NCBI RefSeq assembly: GCF_021246445.1
Contig: NZ_JAJQXW010000003.1
Location: 62,001 to 126,000 of the forward strand
DNA from: Rhabdothermincola salaria
GTDB taxonomy: Bacteria > Actinomycetota > Acidimicrobiia > Acidimicrobiales > Acidimicrobilacustridaceae
DNA length: 64,000 nt
Reading direction: 5' to 3'
Of the stretch, positions 18,696 through 29,154 are shown in pieces. Position numbers and translations under genes: made by a program. Numbering within the stretch: the first letter of the stretch is position 1; each line of letters opens with the position of its first letter. The notes beneath the pieces are model-generated. The model was not told where the DNA came from. It worked only from the letters and a program-made list of their open reading frames with translations, and did no database searches.

Positions 18696-19931
18696 TCAGC
18701 GGGCGAGCAGGCGCCGCCTGAGGTGATCGAGCAGCGAGATGACCGTGTACTGGGCGACCTGGTCGCGTCCACCGGGAAGGCGCATCATGGCGGTCTCGGT
18801 GACACCGTCGAGGTGGCTGGCGATGAACACCGTCCCCGGTTGGACCCCCTCCTGGGCCGTCGGGCCGGCCACCCCGGTGGTGGCCAGGCCCACGTCGCTG
18901 CCCACCACCCGGCAGATGCCCTCGGCCATGGCGGCCGCGCACTCCTCGGTGACCACGGGACCCTCGGGGACACCGAGCAGGTCGAACTTCACGTCGCTGG
19001 CGTAGGCCACCACGCCCCCACGCACCACGTCGCTGGCTCCGGGGGCGGCGGTGAGGCGGGACGCCACCAAGCCCCCGGTGAGCGACTCGGCCACCCCCAC
19101 GCTGAGTCCGGCCGTGCGCAGCAGGTCGTTGACGACCACCTCCATGGTGTCGTCGTCGGTGGAGAAGACGATGTCGCCCAGGACCTCGGTGAGCAGCTCG
19201 ACCTCGCGCTCGAGCACGGCGTCGGCCTCCTCGCCGGTGTCGGCCTTGGCCGTGACCCGCACCTTGAGGCCCTCGATGCCGCTGGCCAGGAAGGCGATGG
19301 TGGCGTGGCCCTGCTGGTCGAGCTCGTCGATGCGCGGGGCGAGGATCTCGGCCAGACCCGACTCGGACTGGCCCCAGGTGCGCAGCGTGCGGCTGCGCAG
19401 CGCCCCGGTGTCGCCGGCGCGGCGGCGCAGCTCGGGCAGCACCGTGCCGGTGACCATCTCCTTCATCTCGTAGGGGACGCCGGGCACGGCGAAGACGACC
19501 TTGTCGCCCACGGGGCAGATGAGCCCGGGGGCGGTGCCGGGCTGCTGGGCGATGCGGGTGGCACCCACCGGCACCATGGCCTGGCGCAGGTTGTTGGCCG
19601 GCATGGTGCGCCCGTGGGATCCGAAGATCTCCATGAGCCGTTCGACGACCTCGGGGTCCTCCTCGAGGGGGACGCCCATGACCTCGGCGATCACGTCGCG
19701 GGTGATGTCGTCCTGGGTGGGGCCGAGGCCGCCGCAGACGATGACGGCGTCGCTGCGCTCGAGTGCGTCGCTGATCGCCGTGCGGATCCGGCCCCAGTTG
19801 TCGCCCACCTTGGTCTGCAGGTAGCTGTCGATGCCGGCCAGCGCCAGTTGCTCGCCGATCCACGACGAGTTGGTGTCCACGATCTGGCCCAGCAACAGCT
19901 CGGTGCCGACGGCCACGACTTCACAGTTCAC
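18696..19931 (-). CDS. cinA: Competence/damage-inducible protein A (MCD domain plus NMN deamidase PncC)
   Basis: VGTELLLGQIVDTNS, GGLGPTQDDIT, PGTAPG, AESLTGG, TTGVAGP. Confidence 0.95.
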   Translation of the reverse strand: MNCEVVAVGTELLLGQIVDTNSSWIGEQLALAGIDSYLQTKVGDNWGRIRTAISDALERSDAVIVCGGLGPTQDDITRDVIAEVMGVPLEEDPEVVERLMEIFGSHGRTMPANNLRQAMVPVGATRIAQQPGTAPGLICPVGDKVVFAVPGVPYEMKEMVTGTVLPELRRRAGDTGALRSRTLRTWGQSESGLAEILAPRIDELDQQGHATIAFLASGIEGLKVRVTAKADTGEEADAVLEREVELLTEVLGDIVFSTDDDTMEVVVNDLLRTAGLSVGVAESLTGGLVASRLTAAPGASDVVRGGVVAYASDVKFDLLGVPEGPVVTEECAAAMAEGICRVVGSDVGLATTGVAGPTAQEGVQPGTVFIASHLDGVTETAMMRLPGGRDQVAQYTVISLLDHLRRRLLAR

Positions 19932-19998
19932 CGGTAGGTCCTCCCCTGGTCCCCGAACCGGCGAATGTAGCGCCCACCCGACGGGCCCCGGCCCGTGC

Positions 19999-20658
19999 TC
20001 AGGGGGCCAGGTCGGAGCGGTCGCCGAGCGTGGTCGCCGCGCTGCGGCCGTCGAGGACGTACTGGGCCCCGCTGATCACGGCCAGGGCGGCGGCCAGGTA
20101 CAGCAGGCCGTCGGCCAGCCAGGTGAGGTCGGTGAGCGGCGGCATGAGGACGGCCCCCACGGCGAGCGACTGCACGAGGGTCTTGGCCTTGGCGCTGCGC
20201 CGGGCGGGAACGGCCAGGCCCCGGCGACCCCAGTAGACCCGGTAGAGGCTGATGGCGACCTCGCGCACGGCGATGAGGGCGACCGGCCAGACGGGGAAGC
20301 GGTCGACCGCGACCAGCGAGAACATGGCCCCGAGCACCAGCACCTTGTCGGCCAGCGGGTCGAGGAAGGCGCCGCTGCGGGTGGTGCCGTAGCGGCGGGC
20401 CACCCACCCGTCGACGCCGTCGGTGAGCGACAGCACCGTCCACACGAACCAGACCAGCCAGCCGCTGGGGCGATCGCTGATCATGGCGAAGAGCAACGGT
20501 GACACCAAGAGACGCACCACGGTGACGGCGTTGGCCGGGGTGGCCAGCGCCGACGGGCCGAAGCCGGACTCGCCGGCGAGGGCGCCCACGCCCACCACCC
20601 GGTGCTCGCCGGAGCCCTCGTGCGCGTCCGTCTCGCGTCGGGGACCCTGCTCGCTCAT
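19999..20658 (-). CDS. pgsA: CDP-diacylglycerol--glycerol-3-phosphate 3-phosphatidyltransferase
   Basis: PANAVTVVR, TDGVDGWVARRYG..GAFLDPLADK; rimO-pgsA-cinA context. Confidence 0.9.
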   Translation of the reverse strand: MSEQGPRRETDAHEGSGEHRVVGVGALAGESGFGPSALATPANAVTVVRLLVSPLLFAMISDRPSGWLVWFVWTVLSLTDGVDGWVARRYGTTRSGAFLDPLADKVLVLGAMFSLVAVDRFPVWPVALIAVREVAISLYRVYWGRRGLAVPARRSAKAKTLVQSLAVGAVLMPPLTDLTWLADGLLYLAAALAVISGAQYVLDGRSAATTLGDRSDLAP

Positions 20659-21959
20659 CGCCGGGCCCCACCCACTGCGGGGACCGCCTCCACGGCGGCG
20701 AGGGGCTCGGCCACCAGGTCCGGTCCGAGGGCGTCGACCACCCGGACGGCCTCGACGGTGCCGACGGCCATGGTGTCGGGCACCACCACGATGCCGTCGA
20801 TCTCCGGGGCTTCACGGTGCGAGCGGGCCTGGCCGGGAGCGTCCACGAGGACTTCGACCACCGACCCGATCAATTGGTCACGTCGAGCTGCGGTGATGTC
20901 GTCCTGACGCTCACGGAGCTCGGCCAGGCGCTCGGCCACGAGGCTCTCGGCCACCACGCCGTCGAGGCCGGCGGCGTGCGTTCCCTCTTCGCGGGAGTAG
21001 GCGAAGAAGCCGCACCAGTCGAGCTGGGCCTCTTCGACGAAGGCCAGCAGGGCGTCGTGGTCGTCCTCGGTCTCCCCCGGGTAGCCGACGATGAAGTTCG
21101 ACCGGAAGGTGGCCTCCGGCTCGCGTGCGCGGATGTCGGCGATGCGGCGCAGGAAGCGCTCCCCGTCGCCCCATCGGCGCATCCGCCGCATGAGCGGAGG
21201 TGAGACGTGCTGCAGGGAGAGGTCGAAGTACGGCACCCCGGTGCGACCCACTGCGTCGATGAGCTCGTCGGTGAGGTCGGAGGGGTACAGGTAGAGCAGC
21301 CGGGTGCGGTCGACCCGGGCCGCCACCGCGTCGACGAGCGCCACGATGGAGCGCTCGCCGACACCCTGGTCGCGGCCGTAGGCGGCCAGGTCCTGGGCCA
21401 CCAGCACGATCTCCCGGGCGCCGAGGGCGTCGACCTCGGCGAGGACGTCGTCCATGGCCCGGGACCGCTGCTTGCCCCGGAACGACGGGATGGCGCAGAA
21501 CCCGCAGGCCCGATCGCACCCCTCGGCCACCTTGACGTACGCCCACGGGGCCGACGAAGGGGGGCGGGGCAGGTTGAGCAGATCGAAGGTGGGCAGCGGG
21601 GCGGCTCCGGGGTCGGTGTCGGAGGGCTTGCGACCCAGGGTGACCGGCACGCCGAAGCCCACGACGGCGTCGGCCTCGGGGAGGGCCTCGGCCAGCTCGG
21701 TGCCGTAGCGCTCGGCCATGCACCCGGTGACGACGAGGCGGGCGCCGTCGCGCCGCACGTCGTCGAGGCCGAGGATGGTGTCGACGGATTCCTGGCGGGC
21801 ATCCTCGACGAAGGCACAGGTGTTGACCACGACGACGTCGGCGTCGTCCGGCCCGGAGGCCGGCTGGTAGCCGTCGGCGAGGAACGTGCCCGCCAACTTG
21901 TCGGAGTCGACGTGGTTCTTCGGGCACCCGAGAGTCTCGATCCAGAAGCGCCCGGCCAT
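20655..21959 (-). CDS. rimO: Ribosomal protein S12 methylthiotransferase
   Basis: TLGCPKN, NTCAFV, AYVKVAEGCDRACGFCAIP, LLYLYP, APEIDG. Confidence 0.96.
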   Translation of the reverse strand: MAGRFWIETLGCPKNHVDSDKLAGTFLADGYQPASGPDDADVVVVNTCAFVEDARQESVDTILGLDDVRRDGARLVVTGCMAERYGTELAEALPEADAVVGFGVPVTLGRKPSDTDPGAAPLPTFDLLNLPRPPSSAPWAYVKVAEGCDRACGFCAIPSFRGKQRSRAMDDVLAEVDALGAREIVLVAQDLAAYGRDQGVGERSIVALVDAVAARVDRTRLLYLYPSDLTDELIDAVGRTGVPYFDLSLQHVSPPLMRRMRRWGDGERFLRRIADIRAREPEATFRSNFIVGYPGETEDDHDALLAFVEEAQLDWCGFFAYSREEGTHAAGLDGVVAESLVAERLAELRERQDDITAARRDQLIGSVVEVLVDAPGQARSHREAPEIDGIVVVPDTMAVGTVEAVRVVDALGPDLVAEPLAAVEAVPAVGGARR

Positions 21960-22014
21960 GGGAGCCCATGCTAGGCCGCGCCCGGTGGCACCCCTCACGG
22001 CCGCCGGCCCGACG

Positions 22015-22560
22015 TCAGCGGCGGTCGAGGGACCCGGTGAGCAGGGCGAGGGCGAGCGCGGTGAGCGACATGCCCTCGGTGACCCGCCCGTCGGTGAGGG
22101 CGGTGCGCACCTCCGCCGTCGGGACCCACTCGACCCGTTCGGACTCCCCCGGGTCGGTGGGCTCTCCCCGACGGTCCGCTCCGGCGGCCACGAAGAGGTG
22201 GAAGGTCTGGTCCACTGCGCCGGCCATGGGGTGGTAGCTGGTGAGCGGTCGCAGCGCCCGGGGGGCCCACCCGGTCTCCTCGAGCGCCTCGCGCTCGGCG
22301 CCCGCTCGGGGCGTCTCGCCCGGGTCGAGGTTGCCGGCGGGGATCTCCCAGCCCCACGAGTCGGTGATGAAGCGATGTCGCCACAGCAACAGCACACGGT
22401 CGGTGTCGACGTCGTGGATCACCGTCCCCGCCGCGTGGTTGGGCAGGCGCAGGACGTGGTGGTCGAAGCGGGGACCGCCCGGCACCTCGACGTCGACCAG
22501 TCGGAGGCTCATCCAGTCGCTCTCGTAGAGCGAGCGCTCGCCGTGCACGTCCCACCGCAT
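22015..22560 (-). CDS. NUDIX hydrolase (ADP-ribose pyrophosphatase-like)
   Basis: WEIPAGNLDPGETPRAGAEREALEETG Nudix box; start ATG 22560 or GTG 22569. Confidence 0.88.
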   Translation of the reverse strand: MRWDVHGERSLYESDWMSLRLVDVEVPGGPRFDHHVLRLPNHAAGTVIHDVDTDRVLLLWRHRFITDSWGWEIPAGNLDPGETPRAGAEREALEETGWAPRALRPLTSYHPMAGAVDQTFHLFVAAGADRRGEPTDPGESERVEWVPTAEVRTALTDGRVTEGMSLTALALALLTGSLDRR

Positions 22561-22605
22561 CCGCCGCACGGTACCGGCCCGGCCAGCCGTGGTGACCGAG
22601 GGTGC

Positions 22606-23547
22606 TCAGCTCGCCAGGGGCGTGCCCGGCCGGGGCCACGGCAGCACCATCACGACCCCGGTGCCCGACCCGGTGCAGAAGGCCCCGAGGCCGTCGAGGG
22701 TGAAGCACACGTTGGTGATCAGGGGATCGGGCAGGGCGATGAAGGCGGCCTCCCGCGACGACGGGTCGACCACGGTGAGCCCGCCGGCGGCCAGCGTGCC
22801 CACCACCACCGCTCCGGCAGCGTCGACGGCGAGGGAGTCGAACAGGTGCCCTTCGGGGGCGTCGAACAGCAGCCGGCCGCCGTGGGGCCCCACCCCGTCG
22901 TCGTGGCGCCCGAGGGAGCCGGGTGCCACCACCGGCCAGGCCCAGAGGCGGCCCGTGTGGGTCTCGGCCGCGTAGAGCTCGTCGCCCGCCGGGGACAGGC
23001 CGATGCCGTTGGCCGCATCGAGGCCCACGACCGCGCCGCGCAGGTCGCCGCCGTCGGTCGTCCCGTACAGCACCGACGGGAGGTGGGCGTTGCCCGAGCC
23101 CTCCTCCTGGCGGACCCCGTGGTCGGTGAACCACACCCCGCCGTGGCCGTCGAGCACGAGGTCGTTGGGGGCCTGGAGGCGCTCGTCGAGGCGATCCCAC
23201 ACGGTGGTGACCGACCCGGTGGCGAGGTCCACCCGGTCGATGCTGCCGCCGGTCCAGGTCGCCGGGGTCGGGCCGGGCACGACCATCCCGTCGATGTCGT
23301 GCCACGCGAAGAAGCCGCCGTTGTTGCACAACAGGAGCCCCTCGCCGCACGAAGCGGCTCCGTTGGGACCCCCGGGCACGTCGGCCACCCGGGTGGTGGT
23401 GCCGTCGGCGCCGACGCGGGTCACGCACTCCCCCGCGACCTCCACGACGAAGAGCGATCCGTCGTCGAGCGCCACGGGGCCTTCGGGGAACCGCAGCCCG
23501 GTGGCGAGGATGACGGCGTCAGCGGCGACGGGGAGGTTCTCGGCCAT
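22606..23547 (-). CDS. SMP-30/gluconolactonase/LRE family beta-propeller
   Basis: GLRFPEGP, GGPNG, APNDLVLD..WFTD, ANGIGLSP, DSLAVD, TNVCF. Confidence 0.9.
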   Translation of the reverse strand: MAENLPVAADAVILATGLRFPEGPVALDDGSLFVVEVAGECVTRVGADGTTTRVADVPGGPNGAASCGEGLLLCNNGGFFAWHDIDGMVVPGPTPATWTGGSIDRVDLATGSVTTVWDRLDERLQAPNDLVLDGHGGVWFTDHGVRQEEGSGNAHLPSVLYGTTDGGDLRGAVVGLDAANGIGLSPAGDELYAAETHTGRLWAWPVVAPGSLGRHDDGVGPHGGRLLFDAPEGHLFDSLAVDAAGAVVVGTLAAGGLTVVDPSSREAAFIALPDPLITNVCFTLDGLGAFCTGSGTGVVMVLPWPRPGTPLAS

Positions 23548-23602
23548 GCCGCGGTCTACCACCGAGGGCGCAGGCCGTGTCGGACGGAGGCGACGCCGGG
23601 GG

Positions 23603-26188
23603 TCAGGCGTCACCGCCGAGGAGCTCATCGAGCTCCTCCGGCGTCATGAGCACCGCCCGGGCCTTGGAGCCCTCCGACGGTCCGACCACACCCCGCTGCT
23701 CGAGGAGGTCCATGAGGCGACCGGCGCGGGCGAAGCCCACCCGCAGCTTGCGCTGCAGCATGGAGGTGGAGCCGAGCTGCGAGCGCACGATGAGCTCCAT
23801 GGCCTGGCGCACCAGCTCCTCGTCGTCGTCGTCGCCGCTGCCCCCGCCGCTGCCGGTGGTGGCTCCCGGCGACCCCGACGAGCTCTCGTCGTTGCCCTGC
23901 ACGGCATCGTCGTCGTAGCTGACCTCGGGCGACTGGCGACGCCAGTAGGCCACCACGTTGCGGACCTCGGCCTCGGTGACCCACGCCCCCTGGATGCGCT
24001 GGGCCACGCTCGAGGTGGGGCCGAGCAGGAGCATGTCGCCCTTGCCCAGGAGCTTCTCGGCGCCGGCCTGGTCGAGGATCACCCGACTGTCGGCCAGGCT
24101 GGCCACGGCGAAGGCCAGACGGGCGGGCACGTTGGCCTTGATGACGCCGGTGATGACGTTCACCGACGGCCGCTGGGTGGCGATCACGAGGTGGATGCCC
24201 ACGGCGCGGGCCATCGCCGCGATGCGCTGGATCGACTCCTCCACGTCGCGGGCCGCCACCATCATGAGGTCGGCCAGCTCGTCGACCACCACGAGGATGT
24301 AGGGCAGGCGGTGGTATTCGCGCCCCTCGAGGGGGTCGTCGACGACGTCGCCGCGGTCGTAGGCCGCGTTGTAGCCGTTGATGTCGCGGAAGCCGACCTC
24401 GCTGAGCAGGTCGTAGCGGCGTTCCATCTCCTTGACCGCCCAGGAGAGGGCGTTGGCGGCCTTCTTGGGGTTGGTGACGACCTGGGTGAGCAGGTGGGGA
24501 AGTCGGTTGTACTGCCCCATCTCCACCCGCTTGGGGTCCACCAGGATGAGGCGCACCTGGTCGGGGGTCGAGCGCATGAGGATGGACGTGAGCAGCGAGT
24601 TGAGGCTCGAGGACTTGCCCGCGCCGGTGGCCCCGGCGATGAGGATGTGGGGCATCTTGGCCAGGTCGGCCATCACCGAGCGGCCGTTGATGTCGCGCCC
24701 GATGGCGACCTCGAGGGGGTTGGTGGCCGCCTTGGCCTCGGGGGAGGCCAGGATGTCGCCGACCGCCACCAGCTGGCGGTTGTCGTTGGGCACCTCCACG
24801 CCGATGGCCTGCTTGCCGGGGATCGGGGCCAGGATGCGCACGTCGGCGGCCGCCATGGCGTAGGCGATGTCCTTGTGCAGGCTGGTGACCCGGGCGACCT
24901 TCACCCCGGGGGCGAGCTCGAGCTCGTAGCGGGTGACGGTGGGGCCGACCACCATGCCGACCAGGCGGGTCTCCACCCCGTGCTCGGCGAGGGCGCTCTC
25001 GAGCGTGCGACCGCGCTCCTCGACCAGGGCCCGGTCGACCTCCTGGCGTTCGGAGCGATCGAGGAGCTTCATCGGGGGGAGCTTCCAGGGGTTCGGGCGC
25101 ACGGCCGGCCCCACGGGCATGGCCAGCTGCTCCACCTCGGTCGGCACCTCTTCGGCGGTGGGGACGTGCAGGACCGGGCCGTCGGCGTCGTCGCTGTGCG
25201 CGTCGGGATCGAGGATGGCGTCGAGCTCCTCGGGATCGACCAGGTCCCCGAGCAGCTCGTCGTCCTCCCCGGCGATGAAGACCTGCAGGCCGCCGGGGTC
25301 GTCGGCCGGCGCGTCGGGGTCGGTCTCGTCGCCCGTGGGGTCTGCGTTCCTGCGGCGGCGCCGCCGGGGCGGCTCGTCGTCGTCGAGGGCACCGTCGAAG
25401 AGGGCGGGACGATCGTCGGTGAGGTCCACGACCGCGTCGTCGGAGCCCAGCTCGAAGAGCGAGTCGACGCCGCGCCGCACCACGTGGCGCACCGGCTTCA
25501 CCGACTCGGCGGTCTTGTTGGCGGCGGTGCGGATGGGCATGCCCGTGAGCACCACCAACCCGATGATGCCCACGGCGACGAGGACGAGCGCGGCCCCCCA
25601 CAGCGACAGGAGGGCCTCGAGGGGACCGCCGACCAGCATGCCGAGGTGGCCGCCCGCATCGATGACGTCGTCGAGGGGGTCGCCGAGCTCGGGGCTCCCC
25701 TGGGTCAGGTGCAACAAGCCGGCGGCGGCGACCACGATGACCGCGGACCCGACGGCCATGCGGGCCCGTCGCCACCGCACCGGATCGTCGTCGTCGCGCG
25801 GCCCGCGCACCAACAAGGCGCCGCCCACGAGCAGGGCGACCGGCGCCAGCAGGCGCAGGTCGCCCACCAGCGCGCCGAAGGCGTCGGACAGGCCCCGGCC
25901 CACCGGACCGGCGAGGTCGGCGTACACGCCGAGGGCGGTGAGCAGGCCGAGGGCGATGAGGGCCACGCCCCACACGTCGTGGCCGTGGCCGTCGAACGCC
26001 CGCCGCAGGGGGTTCGGGCCCGGGCGGCGCGCCGCAGTGGACGGACGGCCCTTGGGCGCGGCGGCACCCTTGGTGGTCTTGGTGGTCTTGGTCGTGCGAC
26101 GAGACGACCCCGAACCGCGGCTGGACGCAGTGGAGGAGGTGCGGCCCGAACTCGACCGGCTCGTCTTGGATCCTTGTTTCGTGGCCAC
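23603..26188 (-). CDS. ftsK: DNA translocase FtsK
   Basis: N-terminal TM domain, PHILIAGATGAGKS, DPKRVEM, VVDELADLMM, ATQRPS, gamma domain STSMLQRKLRVGFARAGRLMD; GTG start approximate. Confidence 0.97.
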   Translation of the reverse strand: MATKQGSKTSRSSSGRTSSTASSRGSGSSRRTTKTTKTTKGAAAPKGRPSTAARRPGPNPLRRAFDGHGHDVWGVALIALGLLTALGVYADLAGPVGRGLSDAFGALVGDLRLLAPVALLVGGALLVRGPRDDDDPVRWRRARMAVGSAVIVVAAAGLLHLTQGSPELGDPLDDVIDAGGHLGMLVGGPLEALLSLWGAALVLVAVGIIGLVVLTGMPIRTAANKTAESVKPVRHVVRRGVDSLFELGSDDAVVDLTDDRPALFDGALDDDEPPRRRRRRNADPTGDETDPDAPADDPGGLQVFIAGEDDELLGDLVDPEELDAILDPDAHSDDADGPVLHVPTAEEVPTEVEQLAMPVGPAVRPNPWKLPPMKLLDRSERQEVDRALVEERGRTLESALAEHGVETRLVGMVVGPTVTRYELELAPGVKVARVTSLHKDIAYAMAAADVRILAPIPGKQAIGVEVPNDNRQLVAVGDILASPEAKAATNPLEVAIGRDINGRSVMADLAKMPHILIAGATGAGKSSSLNSLLTSILMRSTPDQVRLILVDPKRVEMGQYNRLPHLLTQVVTNPKKAANALSWAVKEMERRYDLLSEVGFRDINGYNAAYDRGDVVDDPLEGREYHRLPYILVVVDELADLMMVAARDVEESIQRIAAMARAVGIHLVIATQRPSVNVITGVIKANVPARLAFAVASLADSRVILDQAGAEKLLGKGDMLLLGPTSSVAQRIQGAWVTEAEVRNVVAYWRRQSPEVSYDDDAVQGNDESSSGSPGATTGSGGGSGDDDDEELVRQAMELIVRSQLGSTSMLQRKLRVGFARAGRLMDLLEQRGVVGPSEGSKARAVLMTPEELDELLGGDA

Positions 26189-26358
26189 AGGCGTGCGCGT
26201 TCCGTTCGGGGCCCCACTCCGCGCGCCAGAGGTGAGGTTACCGGCCTCGTCGGCCGCGGGCGCGGACCGTGAACGATTCCCGAGGAGGTGTCCGCTCGGG
26301 TACCTCGGGCCCGGTGACGCCCCGGTAGCGTGCCGGTGACCACCAGGGGGGATCGACC

Positions 26359-27663
26359 ATGCCGAGACGGGGACCGACGCGAGTGGCGCGCCTGCTGGGG
26401 GCAGCCGTGGCGCTGACCCTGGTGATGGGCGCATGCTCGTCCGACGACGACGACGCCACCACCACCACCGACGACCCGGGCACCACCGCCGCAGCCACGA
26501 CGCCGTCCACCCTCGCACCGCCCGACGGGCTGCCGGCGTTCTACGGGGTGCCCGATCCCCTTCCGGCCGGGGAACCGGGTGACCTGATCGCCGCCGAGCG
26601 CCTCGAGGTCCCGGAGATCGACGGCACCACCTGGCGGGTGATGTACCACTCCGAGTCCACCCGCGGCGACGACATCGCCGTCACCGGGATGGTGATGGCT
26701 CCCGAAGGCCCGGCACCCGACGGCGGGTGGCCGATCATCAGCTGGGCCCACGGCACCACCGGCATCGCCGACCAGTGCGCCCCCTCGCTGGAGCCGGCGG
26801 ACCTGGCCGTGCTGGCCAACCCCCTACTCGAGCGGGGCTACGTCGTCACCGCCACCGACTACGAGGGGATGGGCACGCCGGGCCGGCACCCCTACATCGC
26901 CGGCGAGAGCGAAGCCCGGGGCACCATCGACATCGTCCGGGCCGCCGAGGACCTCGATGCCGACCTCGACCTCAGCGACCGCTACCTGGTGTGGGGCCAC
27001 TCCCAGGGCGGCCACGCCGCCATGTTCACCCTCGAGATCGGTGAGCAGTGGGCGCCCGAGCTCGAGCAGGTCGGGGTGGTGGCCGGTGCCCCGCCGTCGC
27101 AGCTGCTGCTCATCAACGCCGCCCTGCAGACCAGCCCCTTCCGCTACTACATCGCCATGGCCGCGGCCGGCCTCAACGCCGCCTATGGCGACGAGGCGGC
27201 ACCGCTCGACGAGGTCCTCACCCCCGAAGGCCTCGAGTTCCTCGACAACGTCGACGAGGGCTGCACCGCCGAGCTCCGCGAGGCCGCAGCCGGCATCGAG
27301 GACTTCGCCGCCCTCCAGCTGGCCGATCCCGCCGACGTCCCCGCCTGGAACGAGCTCCTCGTCGCCAACGACCCCGGGTCCTTCGACACCGCCCGAGACG
27401 CCCCGCTGCTCATCATCCAAGGTGGCGAGGACGAGCAGATCCCGGTGGCCTCCAGCGCCTTGTTGTTCGACCAGCTGTGCGAGATCGGCCAGGTCGTGCA
27501 GCGGTGGGTGTACCCGGGCCAGAGCCACGCCGGTGTCGTCCTGCCGTCGTCGGGGGACATGTTGCGCTGGATCGACGACCGCTTCGCCGGCGAGCCGGCC
27601 CCGGACCCCTACCAGCCGGTCGGTCCGCCCGTGCCGGAGACCCAGAGCTGCCCTCCGGTCTGA
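26359..27663 (+). CDS. Secreted lipoprotein lipase (secretory lipase alpha/beta hydrolase)
   Basis: Signal peptide ending in lipobox MGAC; WAHGTTG..CAPS, ATDYEGMG, GHSQGG nucleophile elbow, QGGEDEQI, YPGQSH. Confidence 0.87.
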   Translation: MPRRGPTRVARLLGAAVALTLVMGACSSDDDDATTTTDDPGTTAAATTPSTLAPPDGLPAFYGVPDPLPAGEPGDLIAAERLEVPEIDGTTWRVMYHSESTRGDDIAVTGMVMAPEGPAPDGGWPIISWAHGTTGIADQCAPSLEPADLAVLANPLLERGYVVTATDYEGMGTPGRHPYIAGESEARGTIDIVRAAEDLDADLDLSDRYLVWGHSQGGHAAMFTLEIGEQWAPELEQVGVVAGAPPSQLLLINAALQTSPFRYYIAMAAAGLNAAYGDEAAPLDEVLTPEGLEFLDNVDEGCTAELREAAAGIEDFAALQLADPADVPAWNELLVANDPGSFDTARDAPLLIIQGGEDEQIPVASSALLFDQLCEIGQVVQRWVYPGQSHAGVVLPSSGDMLRWIDDRFAGEPAPDPYQPVGPPVPETQSCPPV

Positions 27664-27798
27664 CCACCCGAGAGCCACGGTCACGGTCCGGTTGGTCCCG
27701 GTCGTAGCCGGTCTGCCTAGACCTGGGCGTCGTCGTGCTGCGGCGCCTCTCGTGCTTCGGTGCGGGAGCGTTCCTGTGCCCCTGTACGCCTGTGCCCG

Positions 27799-27981
27799 TC
27801 AGGCCGGAAGGGGGCCGTGGTCGCGGCAGTCGGCGTCCCATCCGGCCGGGTGGACCTTCACCCGCAGACGACGCCCACAGGTGGGGCAGAAGCGGGGCGG
27901 GTCGAGGGCGCGCCGGCACGGACGGGCGGGATGGGTGGCCAGGCTCGCGCCACACCAGATGCAGAACCCGGCGACGTCCAC
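27799..27981 (-). CDS. bsaP: Biotin synthase auxiliary protein BsaP
   Basis: PPRFCPTCGRRLRVKVHPAGWDADCRDHG matches the BsaP/Rv1590 pattern; directly downstream of bioB. Confidence 0.85.
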   Translation of the reverse strand: MDVAGFCIWCGASLATHPARPCRRALDPPRFCPTCGRRLRVKVHPAGWDADCRDHGPLPA

Positions 27982-27994
27982 GGGCGGACCAGGC

Positions 27995-29068
27995 TCAGAT
28001 GGCCTTGGAGAGCGCCCCGATGGGCATGGCGAGGTCCTCGAGCATCTGGAGGTCCTCGTCGGGCGAGCGGCCCAGGGTGGTGAGGTAGTTGCCCACGATC
28101 AAGGCGTTGATGCCGGCGGTGAGGCCGAGGGCCTGCAGCTCGCGGAGGGTGACCTCGCGGCCGCCGGCGTAGCGCAGGATGACCGACGGCAGACCCAGGC
28201 GGAACAGGGCGATCCAGCGCAGCGCCTCGAGGGGCTCGACGAGCGGCCGCCCGGCGAACGGGGTGCCGGGACGGGGGTTCAAGAAGTTGAGCGGGACCTC
28301 GGCCGGCTCGACGGCGCGGAGCTGGCCGATGAGCTCGAGGCGCTGCTCGACGGACTCGCCCATGCCCAGCAGCACGCCACAGCACAGCTCCATGCCCTCG
28401 TTGCGCACGAGCTGGCAGGTGTCGAACCGCTCGGCCCACGAGTGGGTGGTGACGACCTCGGGGAAGAACGACTCGGCGGTCTCGAGGTTGTGGTTGTAGC
28501 GGTGCACGCCACCGTCGGCGAAGCGCTTGGCCTGCTCGGGGGTGAGCACCCCGGCGCTGACCGCCACGTTGAGGCCCGTCTCCTCCTGCACCAGCGGCAC
28601 CAGCTCGAGCACTCGCTGCATGGTGCGTTCGTCAGGACCACGGATGGCCAGCACGATGCAGAACTCGCTGGCGCCGAGGGCCGCGGTCTCGCGGGCGGCG
28701 GCCAGCACGTCGGTCGTGTCGAGGAACGGGGTGGCCTGGACGGCGGACTCGAACTTGGAGGACTGGCTGCAGAAGTGGCAGTCCTCGGGGCAGCCGCCCG
28801 TCTTGGCCGACAGGATGCCTTCCACCTCGACGGTGTCGCCGCACCACGCCAGGCGCACCTCGTGGGCGAGGGCGGCCAGGGCGGGCACCGACGCGTCGGG
28901 GACGTCGGCCAACGCCGAGAGCTCGTCGTGGGTGAGCTGGCGGCGTTCGTCGAGCAGGGCCGCCTCGGCGCCTCGGATGGCCCGGCGGGCCTCCTCGGGG
29001 CTGAGCCGGGGCCGCTCGGGCTCGGTGCTGCGGGGGTTGGACGAGAGGGCGACGGGCACGTCGGGCAT
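27995..29068 (-). CDS. bioB: Biotin synthase (actinobacterial type II)
   Basis: [48 protein letters not shown]. Confidence 0.97.
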   Translation of the reverse strand: MPDVPVALSSNPRSTEPERPRLSPEEARRAIRGAEAALLDERRQLTHDELSALADVPDASVPALAALAHEVRLAWCGDTVEVEGILSAKTGGCPEDCHFCSQSSKFESAVQATPFLDTTDVLAAARETAALGASEFCIVLAIRGPDERTMQRVLELVPLVQEETGLNVAVSAGVLTPEQAKRFADGGVHRYNHNLETAESFFPEVVTTHSWAERFDTCQLVRNEGMELCCGVLLGMGESVEQRLELIGQLRAVEPAEVPLNFLNPRPGTPFAGRPLVEPLEALRWIALFRLGLPSVILRYAGGREVTLRELQALGLTAGINALIVGNYLTTLGRSPDEDLQMLEDLAMPIGALSKAI

Positions 29069-29154
29069 AGGGCCGTGAGGCTATCGGCCGTCCCGGGTGC
29101 ACCGGAAAACGTCCCCCGGCACGAGCGGTTCGCAGCCGGCGCAGGAGCCGGTGG

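Noticed and set aside
23003..26272. 1089-aa plus-strand ORF and other long antisense ORFs (e.g. 40709-43477, 45378-48104, 47957-50341, 57706-60687)
   Set aside because: Shadow frames of well-identified minus-strand genes; expected at this GC content and without recognisable motifs
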